DNA of 64,000 bases from Candidatus Nanopelagicales bacterium (GTDB lineage: Bacteria > Actinomycetota > Actinomycetes > S36-B12): positions 148,459-212,458 of the forward strand of contig JAQTZL010000002.1 in assembly GCA_028687755.1 (NCBI GenBank), written 5' to 3'. The notes beneath the pieces were generated by a model. It saw only the letters and a program-made list of their open reading frames with translations, had not been told where the DNA came from and searched no databases. Positions 44,113 to 52,032 of this stretch are shown here, piece by piece. Both the position numbers and the translations under genes were made by a program. The number at the start of each line of letters is the position of its first letter. Position 1 is the stretch's first letter.

Positions 44113-45773
44113 CGAATTGCCTCGTCATCCGCGCGAAGTGCCCATGTGCTGAACGCTTCATCGTTTTCGCGTTCTGCGACAAAGCGGCTAAACACGCGCT
44201 CGACATAGTCAGGAAGGTCATTTGCAGGAAGACGCAAGCCCTTCACTGTGCGACCAAAGCCTGATTCTTGACCCAGGCGTCCACCAAGGTGAATCTGGAA
44301 ACCTTCAACATCGTTGCCATCGGCATCTAGCGCGCGAATGCCCTTAAGGCCAATGTCAGCAACCTGAATGCGTGCGCATGAGTTCGGGCAACCATTCACA
44401 TGTACGGCAAGGGGCAAAGTGTTTTCTGGGAAACGAGCTTCAAGCTCGCCAACAAGTGCCGTTGCGCGGTCCTTGGTGTTCGTGATTGCCAACTTGCAGA
44501 ACTCCACGCCAGTGCAAGCCATCGTTGAGCGACGGAAGGCTGACGGGTAGACCTCAAGACCGATACCTGAAAGACCGGTTGCAAGCGCATCAACATTTTC
44601 CGATGCAACATTGAGCACCACGATCTTCTGGTCTGCGGTGAGATGCACTCGATCTGAACCTGCAGCTTCTGCAAGATCTGCAAGAGCAAGTAAACGCTCA
44701 CCAGACAGACGACCAACAGTTGGCGCAGCACCAACATAATTGCGCCCGTCTTTTTGTGGAAAGACGCCAACGTGATCGCGCATTCCGGTTGCAGCAGGGG
44801 CTGGACCGTCAGTGAGCTTGCGGCCGAGGTATTCAGACTCGAGGACTTCACGAAACTTCTCTGCGCCCCAGTCAGAAACCAGGAACTTCAAGCGGGCTTT
44901 GGTGCGAAGGCGGCGGTAACCGTAATCGCGGAAAATCTTGACAGTTGCGTGCCACACATCTGGAACTTCTTCGAGTGATACCCAAGCGCCAAGGCGAACC
45001 GCAAGGTGAGGGTTTGTAGAAAGTCCGCCACCAACCCAGACGTCAAAGCCTGGGCCATGTTCTGGGTGAACGACACCAACGAAAGAGATGTCGTTGATTT
45101 CATGCGCAACATCCAGGCGCGGTGAACCACTGATTGCACTCTTGAACTTGCGAGGCAGGTTTGCAAGTTCTGGATCGAGCAGGAAGCGATTCAAGATTGC
45201 TTCGATTGCTGGAGTGCCATCGATGATTTCGTCGACTGCTACGCCTGCAACGGGCGAACCCAAGATCACGCGCGGGACGTCACCACAGGCTTGCGCACTT
45301 GAGAGACCTACGGATTCCAAGCGGCGCCAAATTTCTGGCACATCTTCAATGCGAATCCAGTGAAGTTGAATGTTTTGACGATCAGTGACATCTGCAGTGT
45401 TCTGCGCGAATTCAACTGAGATGTTTGCGATGGTGCGCAGTTGTTCAAGGGTCAGACGGCCACCGTCTGAGCGAACGCGCATCAAGAAGTTGGAGTCTTC
45501 CAGATCTTCTGGCTCTAGTTGTGCAGTGCGTCCGCCATCGATTCCTGGCTTGCGCTGGGTGTACAGACCCCACCAGCGAAGGCGGCCGCGAAGGTCGTCG
45601 CTTGGAATGGAATCAAAGCCCTGCTTGGAATAGATGGTTTCGACGCGCTCACGAACAGCCAGGCCATCACCCTCTTGCTTCATCTCCTCATTTGGGTTGA
45701 GAGGAGAGTTGCCATCAACAGCCCACTGGCCATGGGATTTGGCCGGACGGGTCGGACCGGTGGTGGTGGTCAT
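44109..45773 (-). CDS. sirA: ferredoxin-dependent sulfite reductase (siroheme / [4Fe-4S])
   Basis: CTGVEFCKLAI and NGCPNSCARIQ cluster motifs. GAAGGAA SD before ATG 45773; the track ORF runs to 45941. ATGA overlap with cysH. Confidence 0.9.
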   Translation of the reverse strand: MTTTTGPTRPAKSHGQWAVDGNSPLNPNEEMKQEGDGLAVRERVETIYSKQGFDSIPSDDLRGRLRWWGLYTQRKPGIDGGRTAQLEPEDLEDSNFLMRVRSDGGRLTLEQLRTIANISVEFAQNTADVTDRQNIQLHWIRIEDVPEIWRRLESVGLSSAQACGDVPRVILGSPVAGVAVDEIIDGTPAIEAILNRFLLDPELANLPRKFKSAISGSPRLDVAHEINDISFVGVVHPEHGPGFDVWVGGGLSTNPHLAVRLGAWVSLEEVPDVWHATVKIFRDYGYRRLRTKARLKFLVSDWGAEKFREVLESEYLGRKLTDGPAPAATGMRDHVGVFPQKDGRNYVGAAPTVGRLSGERLLALADLAEAAGSDRVHLTADQKIVVLNVASENVDALATGLSGIGLEVYPSAFRRSTMACTGVEFCKLAITNTKDRATALVGELEARFPENTLPLAVHVNGCPNSCARIQVADIGLKGIRALDADGNDVEGFQIHLGGRLGQESGFGRTVKGLRLPANDLPDYVERVFSRFVAERENDEAFSTWALRADDEAIR

Positions 45774-45901
45774 GGCATTCCTTCGTGGGGTTGGTGGTGC
45801 GCAGGGGAACAGGCTCGACAGTAATTCGCACCTGTCAGGACTGTCTACGACAAACCCGACACATGCGAAGCCTTTGCATGAGGGCGACGTACGCTGAATC
45901 C

Positions 45902-46708
45902 ATGAGAACAACGTTGAATATGAATGGCCGGATTGCAGCAACCTTGGTCGCGGTCGTGGGCCTCACCTTGAGCCTTGGGGCAGTGGCGGCATCGGCGGCA
46001 TCGCCAGCGCCACTTAAAGGCACGCAATGGACTGTGGTGACCTACCCAAGTGCCACTGGCCAGCAAACTCCCGGCACCACCGGGGCAAGTGCGGCCACCT
46101 TGAATTTTCGCGCAGGCGGCACGATCAACGGATTCACCGGATGTAACACCTTTAACGGCACGTATCGCCAGTCCGGATCATCGCTGACCTTGGAACTTGG
46201 GCCGATGACCATGAAGGCATGTGTTGGACCGATCTCAGTTCAAGAAGCCGCAATCATGAAAAACTTCCCGAAGGTGAAGTCATTTGTGAATACCGGCAAT
46301 CTCACGTTGAAAGATGCCAAAGGCAAAACTCTCTTTGTGTACAAGACCACAGCAGTTGGTTTGCCAGGCACGTCGTGGCAAGCAACAGGTGTAAATAACG
46401 GCAAGCAGGCGGTTGTTGGCGATGGAAACGTTGCAATGATCACTGCAGCGTTCAGCGCAGATGGAAAACTCACAGGTAAGGGGGGTTGCAATAACTACAC
46501 AACGACCTACACCTTGACTGGCAAAACTGGAATCAAGATTGCGCCAGCTGGCGCGACCATGATGATGTGCCAACCTGAATCGGTGATGGCCACTGAATCC
46601 CAGTACTTCGCTGCATTGGCAAAGGCTGTGACCTATGTTCGTGAAGGCGGCAAGCTGACATTGCGCGATGCTGCTGGTGCAATTCAGGTGACTTACGTTT
46701 CGCAGTAG
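45902..46708 (+). CDS. secreted protein with two META (HslJ-like) domains
   Basis: Signal peptide MRTTLNMNGRIAATLVAVVGLTLSLGAVAASAA. Repeated blocks are LKGTQW...GCNTFNGTY and LPGTSWQ...GGCNNYTTTY. Confidence 0.65.
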   Translation: MRTTLNMNGRIAATLVAVVGLTLSLGAVAASAASPAPLKGTQWTVVTYPSATGQQTPGTTGASAATLNFRAGGTINGFTGCNTFNGTYRQSGSSLTLELGPMTMKACVGPISVQEAAIMKNFPKVKSFVNTGNLTLKDAKGKTLFVYKTTAVGLPGTSWQATGVNNGKQAVVGDGNVAMITAAFSADGKLTGKGGCNNYTTTYTLTGKTGIKIAPAGATMMMCQPESVMATESQYFAALAKAVTYVREGGKLTLRDAAGAIQVTYVSQ

Positions 46709-46750
46709 TGCGCGATTCAATCGGGACATAAGTAAGGCAGTAAATAAGTC

Positions 46751-46782
46751 AGGCCGGGCAAATTCCTTGAATCGCCCGGCCT
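46751..46782. terminator. hairpin between convergent genes
   Basis: AGGCCGGGC-14 nt-GCCCGGCCT, flanked by AATAAGT/ACTTATT. There is no clear U-tract. Confidence 0.5.
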
Positions 46783-46804
46783 CACTCTTTACTTATTCAA
46801 TGGG

Positions 46805-47467
46805 TTAGTCCTTGAAATGTCCAAGTGCTAATCCGTTGCTGTTCATCAACACATTCCAGTTTTCATTGCTGTGCATCCAATTGAAGTTCGTGCGTGGTGG
46901 ATTGAGCAGGCTTGGAGCAATAGCTGTGCCAGCTGGGAAAGTGGCTGTCACGGCAACCTTGTAGTCACTCTTTGCTTTATCAAGCAATGTTTGGGCCGTT
47001 GCTCGAGTTGTATTCAATTGTGTTTGTGCTGCGGCCTTTGCTGTTGTTAGTGCTGCGGTGAATGCTGCAGCCGCCTGATCGCGAGCTGCCTTAGCCGCGA
47101 CAGTGTCGGTGTTGGTGTCTTTTGCAAATTGATACGCATCCTCACCAATGGCAAGCGCCACACTTGGCGCACTCATCGCTGCGAGTAGATCGCCTTGAAT
47201 TTTCACTACTGCTGAGCGCAGTGTTTGATTTATTGGTGCAACTATTGTCAAGTAGTTCTTGCGTGCCCCGGAAATTGCCGTGAACTGCCCTGGTGACAGT
47301 TTGATCCGTGCAGACACGAAACCTGAACTATGTGACGAGTTTCCTGAGTTGCCATTGCCTTTGCCTCGACCATGATCATCAGCAAATGCGCTCGTCGCCG
47401 CTAAAGGAATTGAAATCGCGATTGATGCAACTGCCGCAGTTGCAATAGCGCGTGTTGTCTTGTTCAT
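46805..47467 (-). CDS. secreted alanine-rich hypothetical protein
   Basis: Signal peptide MNKTTRAIATAAVASIAISIPLAATSAFA, a G/N/S-rich linker, then a helical Ala-rich region. No recognisable motif. Confidence 0.5.
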   Translation of the reverse strand: MNKTTRAIATAAVASIAISIPLAATSAFADDHGRGKGNGNSGNSSHSSGFVSARIKLSPGQFTAISGARKNYLTIVAPINQTLRSAVVKIQGDLLAAMSAPSVALAIGEDAYQFAKDTNTDTVAAKAARDQAAAAFTAALTTAKAAAQTQLNTTRATAQTLLDKAKSDYKVAVTATFPAGTAIAPSLLNPPRTNFNWMHSNENWNVLMNSNGLALGHFKD

Positions 47468-47688
47468 GTGATCCCTACTTTCTTATTTGCCCCTCAGCTG
47501 CAGTGTGTGACGGGTTGTCTTTACCTGAAACCAAGAAATGGCAAAGTCGAGGTAAAGCGAAGGAATCGAATTTCCAGATCATGAGGAAACCTTCACATTC
47601 ACAGGCGTTTCACATGATTGTGCGAGATCACTCCCAAAGTGGCTCAACACACTTCGGCCTAAGAGTTTCCTACCGAGAGTGAGCTGAA

Positions 47689-48657
47689 ATGCACGTTTGG
47701 AAAATTGCGGCAAGCGCGATGGTTGTGACAGGAGTAGTAGCCACTGGGGTAATCGCTTCACTTCCTGCTAGTGCGGCGCCGGGTGATTCACGAACCTTTG
47801 GCGTGCGCTGCGCATTTAGTCACACGAACACCACTGATGCGATTGTTATGCCAGGTATGAGAAACATGAGTCATCAACATGAATTCTTCGGTAACATCAC
47901 GACTAACGAACTCACTTCTGGTGCAACGCTGCTCGCAGGTTCAACGACCTGCGACGATTCCAATGACCGTTCGGCATATTGGGTTCCTGCGCTCTTCAAT
48001 AACGGAACTCGTGTAGCCCCTGTCGCAATGAGCGTGAGGTACGACTCAACAAATGCAGGATCGACCACCGCATTTCCTGTTGGCTTCAAGGCTGTGTCAG
48101 GTCGCACCAACCAAACTGCTGCATGGGGTTGTGGTGCACCTGGCGTAGAGCCGACCTTCAGTGCTGACGTGGCAAATGTTCCAACCTGCGCAGGTGAGCA
48201 GCATTTAATTGCTCAAGTAACGTTCCCAAATTGTTGGGATGGCACCAGTGTGGATAGCGCGAATCACATGGCTCCTCTGGTGTTTGCAACCCAAAATTCA
48301 AATGGCTCGTTGACGTGCCCAAGTGACCATGCAGTGGCTGTTCCCAAGGTGGTGCTGCAGGTTCACTATCCCCGTTCAGTGGTGGGTGGGGCAGCGGTCA
48401 CATTGGCAAGTGGTGCTGCATCAACCTTGCACGGCGACATGTTTGAAGCCTGGAGTGGCTCAAGCCTCACCAATCGGCTTCGCGTTCCTCGAGTAGATGC
48501 GCCTGCTGATCAGCGGCCAACTCCTCGGCCCGCAGATCAGCGTCCGATGCCAGGTGCAGGTGGGCAACGTCCAATGCCTATGGCAGGTGACCTTCGCCCG
48601 GCACCGGCTCCTGCAGGACAGAGCCCAGCCCCTCGTCCGGCTTTGCGCATCGCCTAG
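47689..48657 (+). CDS. secreted DUF1996-like protein with a Pro-rich repeat tail
   Basis: Signal peptide, then FGVRCAFSHTNTTDAIVMPGMRNMSHQHEFFGN, which resembles the DUF1996 N-terminal signature. Conserved Cys pairs. Confidence 0.65.
   Translation: MHVWKIAASAMVVTGVVATGVIASLPASAAPGDSRTFGVRCAFSHTNTTDAIVMPGMRNMSHQHEFFGNITTNELTSGATLLAGSTTCDDSNDRSAYWVPALFNNGTRVAPVAMSVRYDSTNAGSTTAFPVGFKAVSGRTNQTAAWGCGAPGVEPTFSADVANVPTCAGEQHLIAQVTFPNCWDGTSVDSANHMAPLVFATQNSNGSLTCPSDHAVAVPKVVLQVHYPRSVVGGAAVTLASGAASTLHGDMFEAWSGSSLTNRLRVPRVDAPADQRPTPRPADQRPMPGAGGQRPMPMAGDLRPAPAPAGQSPAPRPALRIA
48502..48636 (+). repeat. 5 x 27-nt in-frame tandem repeat (nonapeptide PADQRPxPx degenerating)
   Basis: PADQRPTPR / PADQRPMPG / AGGQRPMPM / AGDLRPAPA / PAGQSPAPR, read directly from codons 48502-48636. 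Confidence 0.85.
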
Positions 48658-48669
48658 TCAAATGCGTCA

Positions 48670-48710
48670 CACAAAGGCGGCAGTTCCTCACGAGGACTGC
48701 CCCCTTTGTG
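48670..48710 (+). terminator. imperfect long hairpin downstream of the DUF1996 gene
   Basis: CACAAAGGcGGCAGtTCCTC...GAGGACTGCCcCCTTTGTG. No U-tract. Confidence 0.5.
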
Positions 48711-48738
48711 AGTGATAGATATGAATTACGAAAATTCA

Positions 48739-48767
48739 TTGACGAGAGGGGCAGCGCGGCCTAAGTT
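48739..48767 (+). promoter_or_regulatory. candidate sigma-70-type promoter for the amidohydrolase gene
   Basis: TTGACG, a 17-nt spacer, then TAAGTT. An AAGGAG SD follows before ATG 48802. The perfect palindrome ATGAATT-5-AATTCAT (48721-48739) abuts the -35 box. Confidence 0.4.
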
Positions 48768-48801
48768 TTGGCCATCCCCTGCATGAGCCCAAGGAGCCCC
48801 G

Positions 48802-50010
48802 ATGAGTCACATCACGCCACCGGTATTTGATGCCGATCAGCACATGTACGAAGCAGCCGATGCGCTGACCCGTTACTTGCCTGAGCAGTACCAGTCCGCA
48901 ATTCAGTTTGTCACGATTGGCCGCGCTACTCGCATCGCTGTCAATGGTCGGATCACGGAATACATTCCAAACCCAACCTTTGACCGTGTTGCTCGTCCGG
49001 GTGCTCATGAGGCGTTCTACGCAGCTCAGAACCCAGAAGGTCTATCCCTCAAGGAAATGACCGGCCGTGGTATCGATGCAATGCCAGAAATGCGTGACCC
49101 AGAGTCACGCGCAAAGCTCCTTGATCAGCAGGGTGTAACGGCGACCTTTAACTTCCCAACCTTGGCGAACTTGGTTGAGACCAGTGCTGCTGAAGATTAC
49201 GAACTCACGGGCGCTGTTATTCACGCATTGAACCAGTGGATGGCCGAGCAGTGGACCTATAACTACAAGGATCGCGTGTTCTCAACACCCGTAATCACCT
49301 GTGGAACTGTGGAAGGCGCACTCAAGGAATTTGAGTACGTGATGTCCAAGGGCGTCAAGATGATCGTGATGAAGCCAGCACCAGTGTTTGGACCAAAGGG
49401 ATGGCGTTCACCAGCACTTCCAGAGTTTGATCCATTCTGGCGCGAGGTTGAAGCATCAGGAATTCCTGTTGCCTTCCATGGCAGCCAGCCACCGTTGGAT
49501 AGTTATGTTGATACGTGGGAGCCTCGTACCTCGAACAACTTCATGGGCATGGGCACGTTCCGTCGTGTAGTGCTTGGTCACCGTGAAATGTCAGACATGG
49601 TCGCCAGCCTCATCTGCCACGGCACCTTCACTCGCTTCCCTAACCTCAAGGTGATGAGTGTGGAAAACGGCAGTGACTGGATCAAGCCACTCTTTGATGA
49701 CCTCACCACCATCTACAAGAAGATGCCACAGGGCTTCGAAGAACATCCACACGATGCCTTCCGACGCAATATGTGGGTCAGCCCATTCTGGGAAGGCAAG
49801 GTCAACGACCTCATCGATCTCGTTGGTAAAGATCGCGTGCTCTACGGCTCAGACTGGCCACACCCAGAAGGCCTTGAAGAACCTAACGGCATCTACAAGT
49901 ATTCAGATCCGATGACTGATGACGTGACCTATGACTTCATGGGTGACAACGCTCGTCGTTTGATGGGTATGCCAGTGGTCAACCCAAAGGGTGATTACCT
50001 CAAGGTGTAG
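48802..50010 (+). CDS. amidohydrolase-2 (ACMSD/LigW-like metal-dependent hydrolase/decarboxylase) family protein
   Basis: N-terminal FDADQHMYE, FHGSQ and C-terminal YGSDWPHPEG. Confidence 0.8.
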   Translation: MSHITPPVFDADQHMYEAADALTRYLPEQYQSAIQFVTIGRATRIAVNGRITEYIPNPTFDRVARPGAHEAFYAAQNPEGLSLKEMTGRGIDAMPEMRDPESRAKLLDQQGVTATFNFPTLANLVETSAAEDYELTGAVIHALNQWMAEQWTYNYKDRVFSTPVITCGTVEGALKEFEYVMSKGVKMIVMKPAPVFGPKGWRSPALPEFDPFWREVEASGIPVAFHGSQPPLDSYVDTWEPRTSNNFMGMGTFRRVVLGHREMSDMVASLICHGTFTRFPNLKVMSVENGSDWIKPLFDDLTTIYKKMPQGFEEHPHDAFRRNMWVSPFWEGKVNDLIDLVGKDRVLYGSDWPHPEGLEEPNGIYKYSDPMTDDVTYDFMGDNARRLMGMPVVNPKGDYLKV

Positions 50011-50020
50011 CTCAACGTAA

Positions 50021-50055
50021 ATAAGGCCCGACTCTCGTTGAGAGTCGGGCCTTAT
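50021..50055. terminator. bidirectional intrinsic terminator
   Basis: ATAAGGCCCGACTCTC-GTT-GAGAGTCGGGCCTTAT forms a perfect 16-bp stem between convergent genes. Confidence 0.75.
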
Positions 50056-50088
50056 TCGTTTCAGACAACGGGCGCAGCAAGGAACCTC

Positions 50089-50985
50089 TTATCCGCGCGG
50101 ATCTCCAGGAATTTGCACATTGGTGAAGCGCATTGGTGCACCGAAGGTGTCATGTGGATCTGCGATCAGGGTGTGTTCGTCACGAGCGATGATCGCAATG
50201 TTCTTTGACGCTAGGAATGCCTCTGCTCGATCAAGATCAAGTACCTTCCAGGTAACCGCATGGCACATGTCGCCATTGCGTGAAAGATCTTGACCAGCGA
50301 TTGAATCCGGTTCAAGTGGCTGAGCAATTTCAACAATGGTGTTTTCGCCCACGAGCACATACACATTGCGTGTTCCGGTGAGATCTGAAGTCGACTCGTG
50401 CAGAAGCTTGCCTTGCAACACATTGGTGAACAGGTTCGTCGCCTTGTCGATGTCGGCAACAACAACGGTCGCGTAGGCCATGCGAACAAGCCCGAGTGGA
50501 TATTGCTCCCAGGCTAAATCGTTGAAGTCGGGGGAGAAGCGTGGATCAGTCGGAATGATGTGTGGGAAGAACTCCAGTTGCGTATGTGTATCGCGTGGGT
50601 GAGTAAAGAGTGAGCCAGCTGAAGGGCGTTCAGGTAGTGGCACGCCACCATCGGTGACGACTCGAACGCCGAGATCTGTCATCTGCTGCCATGCGGCGCC
50701 TACATCGTCGAGATACCAAGCAAGTGAATGCCAGTGACGACCAAAGCGGGAGTAGAATCGGCCAACAGGCATTTCTTCGGCACCAGGAACCTTGCTTGCC
50801 GCCATTGGTTCGATGATGGCATCACCAATCACAATCAGTGAAGCATCGCGCTTTTCAATTTCCGAATAAGCATTGTCCATAATGCCGCGGATTGGCTGAA
50901 AGATTTCGTCATACCAAGCATCGAGCTCGGCTAGATCATCTGAAATATGGATGATGTGAAAGAGCTTGCCGATTGTGAATGTCAT
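50089..50985 (-). CDS. two-domain VOC (glyoxalase / extradiol dioxygenase fold) family protein
   Basis: Two beta-alpha-beta-beta-beta modules (FHIIHISDD..., MAYATVVVADIDKA...). GGGAGA SD. Confidence 0.6.
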   Translation of the reverse strand: MTFTIGKLFHIIHISDDLAELDAWYDEIFQPIRGIMDNAYSEIEKRDASLIVIGDAIIEPMAASKVPGAEEMPVGRFYSRFGRHWHSLAWYLDDVGAAWQQMTDLGVRVVTDGGVPLPERPSAGSLFTHPRDTHTQLEFFPHIIPTDPRFSPDFNDLAWEQYPLGLVRMAYATVVVADIDKATNLFTNVLQGKLLHESTSDLTGTRNVYVLVGENTIVEIAQPLEPDSIAGQDLSRNGDMCHAVTWKVLDLDRAEAFLASKNIAIIARDEHTLIADPHDTFGAPMRFTNVQIPGDPRG

Positions 50986-51119
50986 CGTGATTCTCCCGTG
51001 CGGCTAGTGGCCTAAGCGATGCATCGGAAGATACCCATAACTCGCCTATGTGAGCAGGGAAACGAAAAAACCCAAAAAGAATTGTGAGGCGAGTAAAGAC
51101 TGAAGCTGGTGAGAACGTT

Positions 51120-51992
51120 CTAAATCTCACTTAAGCGCGAAACAACGCGTGAAGCAAAGCGTTCCACCCATGCTGCCGGGTCTGGAGCAGGTGGAGATAC
51201 CCATACCTGATCAACACCCATTGCTGCGTAAGCCTCCATTTGCGTAAGGAAGGCATCAACATCAGGATCTTGACCTGGTGCTCCAGTGGTAATGGTTTTG
51301 TGCACAGTTGCTGGATCTCGCCCGATATCTTCGCAATGTTGATTCAACACATTGATCTTGTGCTCAACTTCTGCTTGATCGAAAGCAAAGAGGTTGCATG
51401 AGTCTGCGTACTGAGCGACTAAACGCAAGGTTTTCTTTTCCCCTCCGCCGCCAATCAGAATTGGTGGGCGTGGTTGCTGAATCGGTTGTGGAACGCAAAT
51501 GGTTTCAGTGAGTTGATAGTGCTTGCCGTTATAAGGCCCATCGTTTTCGCTCCACATTTGCAAACAAATCTGGAGTGTCTCTTCTAGTCGTTCAAAGCGT
51601 TCAGCCACTGGAGGAAATGGAACACCGAGCCCTAGGTGTTCACGTTCATACCAAGCCGCGCCAATACCAAGTTGCGCTCGACCTTGTGACAAGACATCGA
51701 GAGTGGTGACAGTTTTGGCGAGTAGGCCTGGGTGGCGGTAGGTCACACCAGTGACGAGTAAGCCAAGAGTGATAGTGCTGGTGTGTGCGGCAAGAAATCC
51801 CAAGGTGGTGTAACCCTCGAGCATGGGATCTTGAGCAGTTGCAAGTTGTTCCATCTGGAACCAGTGATCCATTACTGTGAAAACCGAGCAACCGCCAGCT
51901 TCAGCGGCGCGTGCAGTTGCTGCGATCGTTGATGCCATGGCTGCTGAGCCGCCTGGCAAGGTGAAGTTTGGGTTGTGGATCGCGAGTTTCAT
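51120..51992 (-). CDS. LLM-class F420-dependent oxidoreductase (Rv1855c-like)
   Basis: MKLAIHNPNF...VMDHWFQMEQ...LGIGAAWYEREH pattern. Confidence 0.8.
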   Translation of the reverse strand: MKLAIHNPNFTLPGGSAAMASTIAATARAAEAGGCSVFTVMDHWFQMEQLATAQDPMLEGYTTLGFLAAHTSTITLGLLVTGVTYRHPGLLAKTVTTLDVLSQGRAQLGIGAAWYEREHLGLGVPFPPVAERFERLEETLQICLQMWSENDGPYNGKHYQLTETICVPQPIQQPRPPILIGGGGEKKTLRLVAQYADSCNLFAFDQAEVEHKINVLNQHCEDIGRDPATVHKTITTGAPGQDPDVDAFLTQMEAYAAMGVDQVWVSPPAPDPAAWVERFASRVVSRLSEI

Positions 51993-52032
51993 GTTGCAAG
52001 ACTAGGTTCGAATGGGAAGCCGGAGGGCGCAA

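Noticed and set aside
47468-47688. Riboswitch or structured leader in the 221-nt divergent spacer, which includes an 8-bp inverted repeat CTTTACCT...AGGTAAAG. I also looked upstream of the sulfur and heme genes.
   Set aside because: I could not match any riboswitch consensus I know (SAM, cobalamin, c-di-GMP, TPP, glycine). The inverted repeat has a 23-nt loop and no covariation evidence is available. The other leaders are too short.
50986-51119. 135-nt spacer between the F420-type LLM gene and the VOC gene: a possible small gene, or a terminator (GTGAGA-10 nt-TCTCAC; CTCGCCT-37 nt-AGGCGAG).
   Set aside because: The stems are short with large loops and there is no U-tract. There is no ORF with an SD. 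It most likely holds only the promoter and leader of the VOC gene.
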